This document shows positions 26,946-36,183 of a DNA stretch of 59,658 nucleotides, one piece after another. The position numbers and the translations under genes are program-made. Numbering within the stretch: position 1 is the first letter of the stretch; each line of letters starts with the position of its first letter. The notes below the pieces were generated by a model. The model was not told the DNA's origin and searched no databases. It worked only from the letters and a program-made list of their open reading frames with translations. The DNA comes from an uncultured Rhodospirillaceae bacterium (lineage in GTDB: Bacteria; Pseudomonadota; Alphaproteobacteria; Rhodospirillales; UBA2165). The stretch is from positions 1 to 59,658 of the forward strand of contig CAZUGT010000084.1 of the NCBI GenBank assembly GCA_964620095.1, read 5' to 3'.

Positions 26946-28030
26946 CAAATCTCGACCGCATTCTCCGTGAACTGATCGGGCGGGACGGGCCGATCACCGT
27001 GGCCGAGTACATGGAACTCGCCCTCTCGCACCCCGAACACGGCTATTACACGACGCGGGAGCCCTTCGGCGCATCGGGCGATTTCACCACCGCGCCGGAA
27101 GTCAGTCAGATGTTCGGGGAACTGATCGGACTGTGGCTGGGGGTGGCGTGGCGGAACATGGGGCGGCCCGGTTCGGTCCATCTGGTCGAGCTGGGTCCCG
27201 GCCGCGGCACCCTGATGAGAGACGTCCTGCGGGCGGCAAGGGGCCTATCGGGTTTTCCGGAAGCGATTTCCGTGACCCTCGTGGAAATGAGCGGCCGGCT
27301 GATCGAGGCGCAGCGGGGGACCCTGCGCGGCGCGGAGGTTTCGATCCGATGGCAGCCTGCTCCGGATCCGCTGCCGGCCGGACCCTGCCTGATCGTCGCC
27401 AACGAGTTCATCGATGCGCTGCCGGTCTCGCAGTTCGTCAGGGCGGGAAACCAATGGCGGGAGCGTCTGGTCGGGCTGGAAGACGGCCGGCTGGCATTCG
27501 CGGTCTCCGATCGCGGGACGGACCGCGCCGATGCCGTTGCCCGGGATTTGAGCGCGGCTCCCGGAGATATCGTCGAACGGAGAGCCGAGGCGGAAGCGTT
27601 GGTCCGCGGCATCGGCTCCCATCTCTCGGCCCACGGCGGCGCCGCCCTGTTGGTCGATTACGGCCATCGCTCGAGCGGGATCGGCGATACCCTGCAGGCG
27701 GTGCGGTCCCACGAGTACCACCCGCCTCTCGATGCGCCCGGCAGCGCCGATCTCACCGCCCATGTGGACTTCGAGGCGCTGGCGCGGGCCGGCCGCGAAG
27801 GCGGCGCGCGAATTCACGGTCCGGTGACCCAGCGGTCGTTCCTCACCGAACTCGGCATTCTTCATCGCCATCGGTCCCTGGCGGAGACGGCCGGCGACGC
27901 CCAAAGGCGTTCGCTCGATGCGGCCCTCCGCCGCCTCATCGGCGCCGGCGAAATGGGCAGCCTGTTTAAAGTGCTGGCCCTCGCCGCGCCGGGACTGCAA
28001 ATTGAAGCCGGTTTCGATGGCACCGAGTGA
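26942..28030 (+). CDS. Class I SAM-dependent methyltransferase, DUF185 / NDUFAF7(MidA)-like
   Basis: GTG at 26942 overlaps the lgt stop (GTGA) and is in frame with ORF 26234..28030. Contains VTNLDRILRELIGRDGPITVAEYMELALSHPEHGYYT...FTTAPEVSQMFGELIG...LVELGPGRGTLM. Confidence 0.8.
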   Translation: MTNLDRILRELIGRDGPITVAEYMELALSHPEHGYYTTREPFGASGDFTTAPEVSQMFGELIGLWLGVAWRNMGRPGSVHLVELGPGRGTLMRDVLRAARGLSGFPEAISVTLVEMSGRLIEAQRGTLRGAEVSIRWQPAPDPLPAGPCLIVANEFIDALPVSQFVRAGNQWRERLVGLEDGRLAFAVSDRGTDRADAVARDLSAAPGDIVERRAEAEALVRGIGSHLSAHGGAALLVDYGHRSSGIGDTLQAVRSHEYHPPLDAPGSADLTAHVDFEALARAGREGGARIHGPVTQRSFLTELGILHRHRSLAETAGDAQRRSLDAALRRLIGAGEMGSLFKVLALAAPGLQIEAGFDGTE

Positions 28031-28051
28031 AGCCGGGAGCGCCGCGCCGGG

Positions 28052-28819
28052 ATGATTACCTTTGCCGCCCTCAATAGCCTGACCAACATCCGCCATGCGT
28101 TCTTCACCAAGCTCGGCGGCGTCAGCACGGGCGTCTACGAGTCGCTCAATTGCGGCTACGGCTCGGGCGATGTGCCGGAGAACGTCACCCGCAACCGGCG
28201 GATCGCGCTGGAACGTCTCGGCGTGACCGACTGGCCGCTGGTGACGGCTTACCAGGAGCACACCAACCATGTGGTTGCCGTCGCGGAACCCTGGGCGCAT
28301 GACGACGCGCCGGTTGCCGACGGCCTTGTCACCGACCGTCCGGGAATAATTCTCGGCATTTTGTCGGCCGATTGCGCGCCGGTGATGCTGGCCGATCCCG
28401 ACGCCGGGGTGGTCGGCGCGGCCCATGCGGGCTGGCGCGGCGCACGGGCGGGCATTCTCGAGGCGACCATGGCCGCCATGTCGGGCCTCGGCGCCGATCC
28501 GGCGAACACGTTCGCGGCCATCGGCCCGTGCATCGCCCAGCGCTCCTACGAGGTCACCGACGAGTTTGCCGATCCGATCCTCGAGGAGGACGAGCGCAAC
28601 GCCGATCTGTTCGCGCCCGGCCGCCGCGAAGGTCATCCCATGTTCGATCTGCCCGGATATGTGGGCCGGCGGCTCAACGACATGAAACTGCGCCATGTGG
28701 TCCGTTCGCCCTGCGATACCTGCCGGGAGAGCGACCGGTTCTTCAGCTATCGCCGGTCGGTTCTCAATGACGAGCCGGATTACGGGCGCGGCCTGTCCGT
28801 GGTTACTCTTCACGAATAG
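28052..28819 (+). CDS. pgeF: Peptidoglycan editing factor PgeF (YfiH/DUF152, laccase-domain protein)
   Basis: 255 aa. Contains HAFFTKLGGVS...Q.HTNHV...SADCAPV...AAHAGWRG. Confidence 0.85.
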   Translation: MITFAALNSLTNIRHAFFTKLGGVSTGVYESLNCGYGSGDVPENVTRNRRIALERLGVTDWPLVTAYQEHTNHVVAVAEPWAHDDAPVADGLVTDRPGIILGILSADCAPVMLADPDAGVVGAAHAGWRGARAGILEATMAAMSGLGADPANTFAAIGPCIAQRSYEVTDEFADPILEEDERNADLFAPGRREGHPMFDLPGYVGRRLNDMKLRHVVRSPCDTCRESDRFFSYRRSVLNDEPDYGRGLSVVTLHE

Positions 28820-28894
28820 GCGGCACGGCGGCGTCACCCATGCCCTATATGGTTATGCTCCTGATGTTCGCGTTATTGGTCATGTTGGCTTTCT

Positions 28895-29788
28895 GTGCGG
28901 CATAGCTCGATCCTGGTTTCCGTTGTGGCGCTCGGCGCACTGGCCGCTTGCGGGCCGATCCCGCGGCCGTTCGCCCATCAGGGCGGGCCGGAGCGTCTGA
29001 ATCCGCTGGTCGAGGTGCCGGCCGGCCTTGCCGTCAGGGTCGATCCGCCGGGCGGATTGGAGCCTGGCCTGGCGCGGACCGCCGCCGGGGAAATCGCCCG
29101 GCGATTGGAGAAGGCCGAAGTGCCCGCGACCACCGAGCCCGCGTTTTCGGCCAGTCTCGTTCTGGCCGGCGTGGCGCTGCCGCCGGCCGGGGCCGAGACC
29201 GGTCTGGCGGGCAAAATCCGGTGGCGGCTGACCGCGCCGTCGGGCGACGTGGTGTCCGAGTTCGTTCAGCTTGTCCCGGGCAGCCGCCAGGACTGGGAGG
29301 AGGGAGACCCCGCTCTCGCCGAAATTATCGGATCGGGAGCCATCGGCCCGGTTCTGGGTGCCATCGGCGGCGCCGGGCCGGGCCCCGCCGAGGCGCCCGC
29401 GCCGCGCCGCCGGGTTCTTGTCGCCGGCGTATCCGGCGCGCCGGGAGACGGTGATGCGGCCCTCGCCGGCGCCCTCCGCCGGGCGCTGCTTCGCCTGGGC
29501 TCCGGCATCGCCGGCGCGGACGGCGAATCGGACTACCGAATTGTCGGAAAAGTGGATCTGACCCCGCCCGCCGCCGGCCGCCAGGACGTCATCATCCGGT
29601 GGGTCGTCAACGGCGCGGACGGCCGGGCGCTCGGCGATGTCGTGCAGCGAAACGCCATCCGGGCGGGCGCCCTCGACCGGCCGTGGGGCGCTGTCGCCGG
29701 GGTTATCGCGGCCGCCGCCGCTCCCGGTATCATCGAGGTCATGGACAAGGCCGAGGCGGCCAAATCGGCGCCGCGGCCCGGCCGGTGA
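28895..29788 (+). CDS. Hypothetical lipoprotein (Ala/Gly-rich)
   Basis: 297 aa with a GTG start. Lipobox-type signal MRHSSILVSVVALGALAAC|G. No family recognised. Confidence 0.55.
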   Translation: MRHSSILVSVVALGALAACGPIPRPFAHQGGPERLNPLVEVPAGLAVRVDPPGGLEPGLARTAAGEIARRLEKAEVPATTEPAFSASLVLAGVALPPAGAETGLAGKIRWRLTAPSGDVVSEFVQLVPGSRQDWEEGDPALAEIIGSGAIGPVLGAIGGAGPGPAEAPAPRRRVLVAGVSGAPGDGDAALAGALRRALLRLGSGIAGADGESDYRIVGKVDLTPPAAGRQDVIIRWVVNGADGRALGDVVQRNAIRAGALDRPWGAVAGVIAAAAAPGIIEVMDKAEAAKSAPRPGR

Positions 29789-29932
29789 GCGATCCCCGAA
29801 AGCGGCCCGGGATTCCCGTTTACAGACTCATGACACGCTGATACATAGATCGCGCTCAAAAGCGGTGCCGCGGATCTCTGGGGGGAGGTCTCCATTGAGC
29901 GCGCCGTCCGCCGACTCGGGGGTCCGCCAGGG

Positions 29933-30865
29933 ATGAAAATCCTCACCTGCAACAGCAACCGTCCTCTTGCCGAAGCCATATCCGCCTACCTGAATCTGCC
30001 GCTGACCAAGGCCAGCATCCGGCGCTTTTCGGATATGGAGGTCTTCGTCGAGATCGACGAGAACGTGCGCGGCGAGGATGTCTTCGTCATTCAGTCGACC
30101 TCCTATCCGGCCAACGACAATCTGATGGAGTTGTTGGTTACCCTGGACGCGCTCCGGCGCGGATCGGCCCGGCGCGTAACGGCGGTGGTGCCTTATTTCG
30201 GCTATGCCCGCCAGGACCGGAAATCGAGCCCCCGCTCGCCGATCTCGGCCAAGCTGGTGGCCAATCTGATCACCAGCGCCGGCGCCGACCGGCTGCTGAC
30301 CCTCGATCTTCATGCCGGCCAGATCCAGGGCTTTTTCGATATTCCCGTCGACAATCTTTATGCCCAGCCGGTGTTCACCAAGGACATTCGCGACCGGTTC
30401 GACAACAACCACACCATGGTGGTATCGCCCGATGTTGGCGGCGTGGTCCGGGCGCGGGCCATCGCCAAGCGGATCGACGCCGATCTGGCGATCATCGACA
30501 AGCGCCGCGAGCGGGCCGGCGAATCCGAGGTGATGAACATTATCGGCGACGTGAAGGACCGGCGCTGCATTCTGATCGACGATATCGTCGATTCGGCGGG
30601 CACCCTGTGCAACGCGGCCCAGGCGCTCAAGGACGCGGGGGCGGATTCGGTCAGCGCCTACGTGACCCACGGCGTGTTGTCCGGCGGGGCGGTGGCGCGG
30701 GTTTCGTCCTCGCCGATGGAGACCCTGGTGACCACCGACAGCATCATGGCGACCGAGGCCGTGCGGGTCGCGCACAACATCTCTCAGCTGACGATCGCGC
30801 CGCTGATGGCCGAGGCGATCCGGCGGATTTCGGACGAGCATTCGGTCTCCTCGCTATTTGACTAA
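29933..30865 (+). CDS. prs: Ribose-phosphate pyrophosphokinase
   Basis: 310 aa. Contains [24 protein letters not shown] and the [14 protein letters not shown] motif. Confidence 0.95.
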   Translation: MKILTCNSNRPLAEAISAYLNLPLTKASIRRFSDMEVFVEIDENVRGEDVFVIQSTSYPANDNLMELLVTLDALRRGSARRVTAVVPYFGYARQDRKSSPRSPISAKLVANLITSAGADRLLTLDLHAGQIQGFFDIPVDNLYAQPVFTKDIRDRFDNNHTMVVSPDVGGVVRARAIAKRIDADLAIIDKRRERAGESEVMNIIGDVKDRRCILIDDIVDSAGTLCNAAQALKDAGADSVSAYVTHGVLSGGAVARVSSSPMETLVTTDSIMATEAVRVAHNISQLTIAPLMAEAIRRISDEHSVSSLFD

Positions 30866-30900
30866 TCCCCGTCAAACCACTAAAACGCGGCACTTTCCCG

Positions 30901-30934
30901 GCGGCGGCACCCCTGGAGGCCGCCGCATTTGATT
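30901..30934 (+). terminator. Stem-loop GCGGCGGC-N10-GCCGCCGC followed by ATTTGATT, between prs and rplY (terminator or rplY leader structure)
   Basis: 8-bp perfect stem (30901-30908 / 30919-30926) with a weak T-tract. The rplY SD GAGGAG follows at ~30935. Confidence 0.4.
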
Positions 30935-30948
30935 GAGGAGCACGACGC

Positions 30949-31641
30949 ATGGCTGACGCTTCGACGTTCAATGCCGAACAGCGTGACCGGGCCGGCAAGG
31001 GGGTGGCGCGGGCGCATCGGCGCGAGGGCCGCATTCCGGCGGTCATTTACGGCAACAAGATGGAACCGGTGATGATTTCCCTGGATGGGCGGGAGCTTTC
31101 GAAGCAGCTCTCCCAGACCGGCTTCTTCACCCGGGTCTTCGAGGTCAAGGTGAACGGCGACAGCCACGAGGTGCTGGCCCGCGACGTCCAGGTCGACCCC
31201 CTGACCGACCGTCCCCTTCACGTGGATTTCCTGCGCTTCGGCGCCGATACCAAGATCGCGGTGGAGGTGCCCTGCGCCTTTCTCAACGACGACGAGTCAC
31301 CGGGCCTCAGGCGGGGCGGCGTGCTGAACGTCGTCCGCCGCGAGGTTGAATTGCTGTGCTCGCCGCTGAACATTCCCCAGGAGCTGACCTTCGACCTCAC
31401 CGGTCTCGACATCGGTGATTCGATCCACATCAGCGCCATCGAACTGCCCGACGGCGTGACCCCGACGGTGACCGACCGCGACTTCACGGTGGCCACCATC
31501 GCCGCCCCGACCATCCAGGTCGAGGAAGAGCCCGAAGAGGATGAGGAAGGCCTCGAGGGTGAAGAAGGCGAAGAGGGCGTCGAAGGCGAAGAGGGCGAGG
31601 AGAGCGGCGGCGAAGAAGAAACGGACGGCGGCGAAGAGTAG
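30949..31641 (+). CDS. rplY: 50S ribosomal protein L25 / general stress protein Ctc, with acidic E/G-rich tail
   Basis: 230 aa. RDRAGKGVARAHRREGRIPAVIYG...VQVDPLTDRPLHVDFLR. The C-terminus is EEEPEEDEEGLEGEEGEEG... Confidence 0.9.
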   Translation: MADASTFNAEQRDRAGKGVARAHRREGRIPAVIYGNKMEPVMISLDGRELSKQLSQTGFFTRVFEVKVNGDSHEVLARDVQVDPLTDRPLHVDFLRFGADTKIAVEVPCAFLNDDESPGLRRGGVLNVVRREVELLCSPLNIPQELTFDLTGLDIGDSIHISAIELPDGVTPTVTDRDFTVATIAAPTIQVEEEPEEDEEGLEGEEGEEGVEGEEGEESGGEEETDGGEE

Positions 31642-31700
31642 TTCGACGCCCGGTCCGGCGTTTTTCGGGCGCCCGCCGGCGCGGGCCGCAGGAGGCAGCC

Positions 31701-32321
31701 ATGTTGCTCTTGGTTGGTCTCGGCAATCCCGGGCCCAAATACGAGAACAACCGGCACAATGTCGGTTTCATGGCCGTGGACGCGCTGCACGACCGCTACG
31801 GCAAGGGTCCTTATCGCTCGAAATTCGGCGGCCGTCTGGCCGAGGCCGAGATCGGCGGCGAGAAGGTCCAACTGTTCAAGCCGGCCACCTACATGAACGC
31901 ATCGGGCCGGGCGGTGCGCGGCGTCGCCCGGTTCTTCAAGATCAAGAACAAGGACGTGACGGTGCTCTACGACGAACTCGACCTGGTTTCGGGAAAGATC
32001 AGGGTCAAGCGGGGCGGCGGCGCAGCCGGGCACAACGGCATCAAGAGCATCAGCGCCAATATCGGTCCGGAGTTCAGGCGGGTGCGGATCGGGATCGGCC
32101 ACCCCGGCGACAAGGACCGGGTGACCGGCCATGTGCTGGGGAACTTCACCAAGGCCGACCAGGGCTGGCTGAACGACCTGCTGATGGCCATCGTCCAGGC
32201 GGCGCCGGTGCTGGTGGCGGGCGATGACGCGCGCTTCATGTCCGACGTGGCGCTGATCACCAATCCGCCAAGGGAAAAATCGAAGCCCGGCGGCGAAAAG
32301 ACGGCAAAGGAAAAAGACTAG
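31701..32321 (+). CDS. pth: Peptidyl-tRNA hydrolase
   Basis: 206 aa. MLLLVGLGNPGPKYENNRHNVGFMAVD...GGGAAGHNGIKS. Confidence 0.95.
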   Translation: MLLLVGLGNPGPKYENNRHNVGFMAVDALHDRYGKGPYRSKFGGRLAEAEIGGEKVQLFKPATYMNASGRAVRGVARFFKIKNKDVTVLYDELDLVSGKIRVKRGGGAAGHNGIKSISANIGPEFRRVRIGIGHPGDKDRVTGHVLGNFTKADQGWLNDLLMAIVQAAPVLVAGDDARFMSDVALITNPPREKSKPGGEKTAKEKD

Positions 32322-33419
32322 GTGGGATTCACCTGCGGCATCGTCGGCCTGCCCAATGTCGGCAAGTCGACCCTGTTCAACGCGCTCACCGCCACCGCGC
32401 AGGCCGAGACGGCCAATTATCCGTTTTGCACCATCGAGCCCAACTCGGGCCGGGTGAACGTGCCCGACCCGCGCCTCGACCGGATAGCCGAAACCGCCGG
32501 CTCGGAGAAGGTGGTGCCGACCCAACTGGAGTTCGTCGATATCGCCGGCCTGGTCGAAGGCGCTTCCGAGGGCGAGGGGCTCGGCAACCAGTTCCTCGGC
32601 AATATCCGGGAAGTGGACGCCATCCTTCACGTGGTCCGGTGCTTCGCCGACGACGACGTCGCGCACGTTTCCGGCGGCATCGATCCCCTGGGCGACATCG
32701 AGATCGTGGAAACCGAGTTGATGCTGTCCGACCTGGAAAGCCTGGAACGCCGCCGCGAGCCGCTGGTCAAGAAATCCCGGGGGCAGGACAAGGAGGCCAA
32801 GGCGCAGCTCGAACTGGTCGACCGGACGCTCGAACTGTTGCGCGGCGGCAAGCCGGCCCGCGAGCTTCGAGTGGGAGAAAGCCAAGCCAAGGCGTTCCGG
32901 ATGCTGCATCTGTTGACCTCGAAACCGGTGCTCTACGTGTGCAATGTCGAAGAGGATGCCGCGGCCGGGGGAAACGGCCATTCGGCCGAGGTCGCCGAAT
33001 ACGCCGCCGCGGCCGGCGCCGGCACGGTCGTCATCTCGGCCAAGATCGAGGCCGAGCTGTCGCAACTGGCCGGGGACGAGAAGCGGGAGTTTCTGGAAGC
33101 CATCGGCCTCGAGGAGACCGGCCTCGCCCGGCTCATCCGGGCGGGCTACGAGTTGCTGGGCCTGATTACCTTTTTCACCGCCGCGCCCAACGAGGCCCGC
33201 GCCTGGACCGTGACCGCCGGCACCCGCGCCCGGGACGCGGCGGGCGCCGTCCACACCGATTTCGCCCGCGGCTTCATCGCCGCCGAGACCATCGATGTGG
33301 ACGACTATCTGTCCCTCGGCGGCGAGCAGCCGGCCAAGGATGCGGGCAAGATGCGCCAGGAGGGCCGCGACTACATTGTCGAGGACGGCGACGTCATCCT
33401 GTTCCGGTTCAACGTCTAA
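32322..33419 (+). CDS. ychF: Redox-regulated ribosome-binding ATPase YchF
   Basis: 365 aa with a GTG start directly after the pth stop. MGFTCGIVGLPNVGKSTLFNALT...DIAGLV, plus the TGS and C-terminal domain ...DGDVILFRFNV. Confidence 0.95.
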   Translation: MGFTCGIVGLPNVGKSTLFNALTATAQAETANYPFCTIEPNSGRVNVPDPRLDRIAETAGSEKVVPTQLEFVDIAGLVEGASEGEGLGNQFLGNIREVDAILHVVRCFADDDVAHVSGGIDPLGDIEIVETELMLSDLESLERRREPLVKKSRGQDKEAKAQLELVDRTLELLRGGKPARELRVGESQAKAFRMLHLLTSKPVLYVCNVEEDAAAGGNGHSAEVAEYAAAAGAGTVVISAKIEAELSQLAGDEKREFLEAIGLEETGLARLIRAGYELLGLITFFTAAPNEARAWTVTAGTRARDAAGAVHTDFARGFIAAETIDVDDYLSLGGEQPAKDAGKMRQEGRDYIVEDGDVILFRFNV

Positions 33420-34048
33420 ATCACGTGTGCCCAGATTATCCCGGCGGCGAGGGCCACCAGGATCAGCCCGGTCACCACGGAAATCCCCTTGGCGACCGAT
33501 GGGGTCACCAGCCAGCGGCGCATCCGTTCGGCGGCGGCCACCAGCGCCGTCTGCCAGACGATGTTGATGGCGATCAGCGCGGCGCCGAGGACGGCCAGCT
33601 GGGCCGCGGTGTTGCCCTTCTCGACCACCACGAAGCCCGGCATCAGGGCCAGGAACAGCAGGATGATCTTGGGGTTGAAGACATTGGTCGTCATCGCGTC
33701 CCGCCACGCCTTGTGGACGCCGACCGAGGGACCGTCGCCGGTCAGCCCCAACTCCCCGCCGCCGCCGCGCAGGGCTTGGTAGCCGAGAAAAGCGATGTAG
33801 GCGGCGCCGGCGATGGCGACGCCCTTGAACAGCACCGGCGAGGCGGCGACGATGATCGACAGCCCCGCTGCCGCGGCGACGGTGTGGATGGTGAGGCCGA
33901 GCTGGACGCCGGCCATGGTGACCATGCCGATCCGCCCGCCGGACGCCATGGTGTAGCGGATGATCAGCACCGTGTCGGGCCCCGGCGAGACGACGATGAC
34001 CGAGGCGGCGACGAGAAACGCGATCAGAACGGTGGGATCGACGGGCAT
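33416..34048 (-). CDS. LysE/RhtB-family amino-acid exporter
   Basis: Start MPVDPTVLIAFLVAASVIVVSPGPDTVLII within ORF 33416..34117. Contains the NPK motif (NVFNPKIILLFLALMP). Confidence 0.85.
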   Translation of the reverse strand: MPVDPTVLIAFLVAASVIVVSPGPDTVLIIRYTMASGGRIGMVTMAGVQLGLTIHTVAAAAGLSIIVAASPVLFKGVAIAGAAYIAFLGYQALRGGGGELGLTGDGPSVGVHKAWRDAMTTNVFNPKIILLFLALMPGFVVVEKGNTAAQLAVLGAALIAINIVWQTALVAAAERMRRWLVTPSVAKGISVVTGLILVALAAGIIWAHVI

Positions 34049-34140
34049 GGTCCCACCGGTAGGTGGCGGTTTGGCTTTAGTCAAGCGCGGGAGGGGGGTA
34101 GCATGATCCCCGACCAACGTGCCTAGTAGGGAGGACCGAC

Positions 34141-35280
34141 ATGGCCGCCAGAAACAAACCCCCGTACCGCGCCGATCACGTGGGATCGCTGCTGCGCCCC
34201 GATGCGCTGCTGATCTCGCGCAACAAGTGGCACGACGGGGAAATCAGCCTCGATATGCTGCGCGAACATGAAGACGCCTGCATCGCCGAAGCGGTCAAGT
34301 TGCAGGAGGATGTGGGTCTGACGGCGGTCACCGACGGCGAGTTCCGGCGCGCCAGCTTCCACGTCGATTTCATCCAGAAGGTCATCAACATCGACGCGCC
34401 GTGGGACTTCGAGCGGGCGGTATCGGTCTCCGACGAGAACAAGGAGCATGAAGCCAGGAACGAAGCCAAGGCGACCCCCTTCGTGCCCAAGGTGGTCGGC
34501 AGGATGGCGCTGCCCGACGGCGGCATCGAGGTGGAAAACTACAAGTTCACCTCGTCGCTCACCGATCATCCGGTGAAGGTCACCCTGCCGTCGCCGACCA
34601 TGACCCATTTCCGGGGCGGCCGCGACGCCATCGACAAGGAGGCCTATCCCGATCTCGATGGGTTCTTCGCCGATTTGTCCAGGCTCTATCGCGAGGAGTT
34701 GGCGCTGCTGGCCGAAGCCGGCTGCCGCTACGTCCAGTTCGACGACACCAACCTCGCTTATCTCTGCGACGAGAAGATGCGCCAGGGCGCCATCGACCGG
34801 GGCGAGGATCCGGACGAATTGCCGGCGACCTATGCGGCGCTGATCAACGAATCCATCCGCGACCGTCATCCCGACATGGCCGTCTGCGTCCACCTCTGCC
34901 GGGGGAACGCCAAGAGCCAGTGGTTCGCCTCGGGCGGCTACGAGCCGGTGGCCGAGAAGATGTTCAATCTCACCGACGTGGACGGATTTTTCCTCGAATA
35001 TGACGATGAGCGCTCGGGCGGCTTCGAGCCCCTGCGCTTCGTGCCCGAGGGCAAGCAGGTGGTGCTCGGCCTGGTGACCACCAAACGCTCGGACTTGGAG
35101 AGCAAGGACGAGTTGAAGGCGCGGATCGAGGAGGCGTCCCAATACGTCGATGCCGATCAGCTCTGCCTCAGCCCCCAGTGCGGGTTTTCCTCCAACGCCA
35201 TCGGCAATCTGGTGACGGTCAACGACGAAATCGCCAAGTTCCGGCTGATCATCGAAACCGCGGAGGAGGTCTGGGGCTGA
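34141..35280 (+). CDS. MetE-like protein, catalytic (C-terminal barrel) domain only (cobalamin-independent methionine synthase II family), paralog 1
   Basis: 379 aa. Contains RADHVGSLLRP, VTDGEFRR, VHLCRGN (His-x-Cys) and SPQCGFSS (Cys). Confidence 0.8.
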   Translation: MAARNKPPYRADHVGSLLRPDALLISRNKWHDGEISLDMLREHEDACIAEAVKLQEDVGLTAVTDGEFRRASFHVDFIQKVINIDAPWDFERAVSVSDENKEHEARNEAKATPFVPKVVGRMALPDGGIEVENYKFTSSLTDHPVKVTLPSPTMTHFRGGRDAIDKEAYPDLDGFFADLSRLYREELALLAEAGCRYVQFDDTNLAYLCDEKMRQGAIDRGEDPDELPATYAALINESIRDRHPDMAVCVHLCRGNAKSQWFASGGYEPVAEKMFNLTDVDGFFLEYDDERSGGFEPLRFVPEGKQVVLGLVTTKRSDLESKDELKARIEEASQYVDADQLCLSPQCGFSSNAIGNLVTVNDEIAKFRLIIETAEEVWG

Positions 35281-35365
35281 GCCTCCCTGACAGCCGAGCC
35301 CGACCTGGCCTTGTATTAGGCACCGAAACGACGTACATACCTGTCTGGAAAAAGGGGTCGACGCA

Positions 35366-35653
35366 ATGGTCCAGACAGACACGGCTCACAGCAAGCGCAT
35401 CAACCTGCGGCTCAGCGAGACGGCGAAGCGGCGGATCGAACGGGCAGCCTCCGTCGAAGGCAAGACCGTCAGCGCCTTCATCCTGTCCAGCGCGCTGGAG
35501 ACCGCCGAGAAGACGATCGACAGGCACGAGGCCCTGGCGCTTGCCCGCGACGACGCCTTGCGTTTCTTCGATGCCCTGGCCGATCCGCCGCCGCCGAACG
35601 ACCGCCTTCGCGCGGCGCTGAAGGAACACGCAAGGCGCGTCGACTCGCGTTGA
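35366..35653 (+). CDS. tacA: DUF1778 ribbon-helix-helix antitoxin (TacA-type)
   Basis: 95 aa. KRINLRLSETAKRRIERAASVEGKTVSAFILSSALETAEKTI. It overlaps the downstream GNAT gene by 4 nt. Confidence 0.8.
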   Translation: MVQTDTAHSKRINLRLSETAKRRIERAASVEGKTVSAFILSSALETAEKTIDRHEALALARDDALRFFDALADPPPPNDRLRAALKEHARRVDSR

Positions 35654-36168
35654 CCGGACCCGATGCGCTTATTATCGAGCCGCTCGGCAGACGACACGAC
35701 CGGGCGGCCTTTTCCTGCGGCCTTCCCGAACTGGATCGCTATCTGGCGCGTCAGGCCGGTCAGGATATCCGGCGCCGGATCGCCCGGGTGTTTGTCTGCA
35801 CTGCCGACGACGCCGATGCCGTCCTCGGCTTCTACACCCTGAGCGCCCTGTCGATCGACCTCGCCTCGTTGCCCGATGACCTTACGCGGAAACTGCCGCG
35901 TCATCCGGTGCCCTGCGCCCTGATCGGCCGGTTGGCGGTCGACCGCTCGGCACATGGGCGCGGCCTGGGACGCCTGCTTCTCGCCGATGCGGTCAAGCGG
36001 ACCGTGGCTGCCGGCGAAGCCGTGGCCATGCACGGCCTGATCGTGGATGCCGCGAACGAGGACGCGAAACGCTTCTACGAGGGGTTCGGCTTCCCGCCGC
36101 TCACGGACGACCCGATGCGTCTGTTCCTTCCACTCGGCCATGCCGCCCTGCAAGGCTCACAGAGGTAG
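35650..36168 (+). CDS. tacT: GNAT-family acetyltransferase toxin (TacT-type)
   Basis: 172 aa with a TTG start overlapping the antitoxin stop (TTGA). FSCGLPELDRYL...GRLAVDRSAHGRGLGRLLLADAV contains the R/QxxGxG/A acetyl-CoA motif. Confidence 0.8.
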   Translation: MTGPDALIIEPLGRRHDRAAFSCGLPELDRYLARQAGQDIRRRIARVFVCTADDADAVLGFYTLSALSIDLASLPDDLTRKLPRHPVPCALIGRLAVDRSAHGRGLGRLLLADAVKRTVAAGEAVAMHGLIVDAANEDAKRFYEGFGFPPLTDDPMRLFLPLGHAALQGSQR

Positions 36169-36183
36169 CCGCCGGCATCGGCC

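Noticed and set aside
31646-31665. Rho-independent terminator after rplY (ACGCC-CGGTCC-GGCGT-TTTT)
   Set aside because: The stem is only 5 bp and pth follows 36 nt later in a conserved rplY-pth-ychF run. It is too weak to call as a feature.
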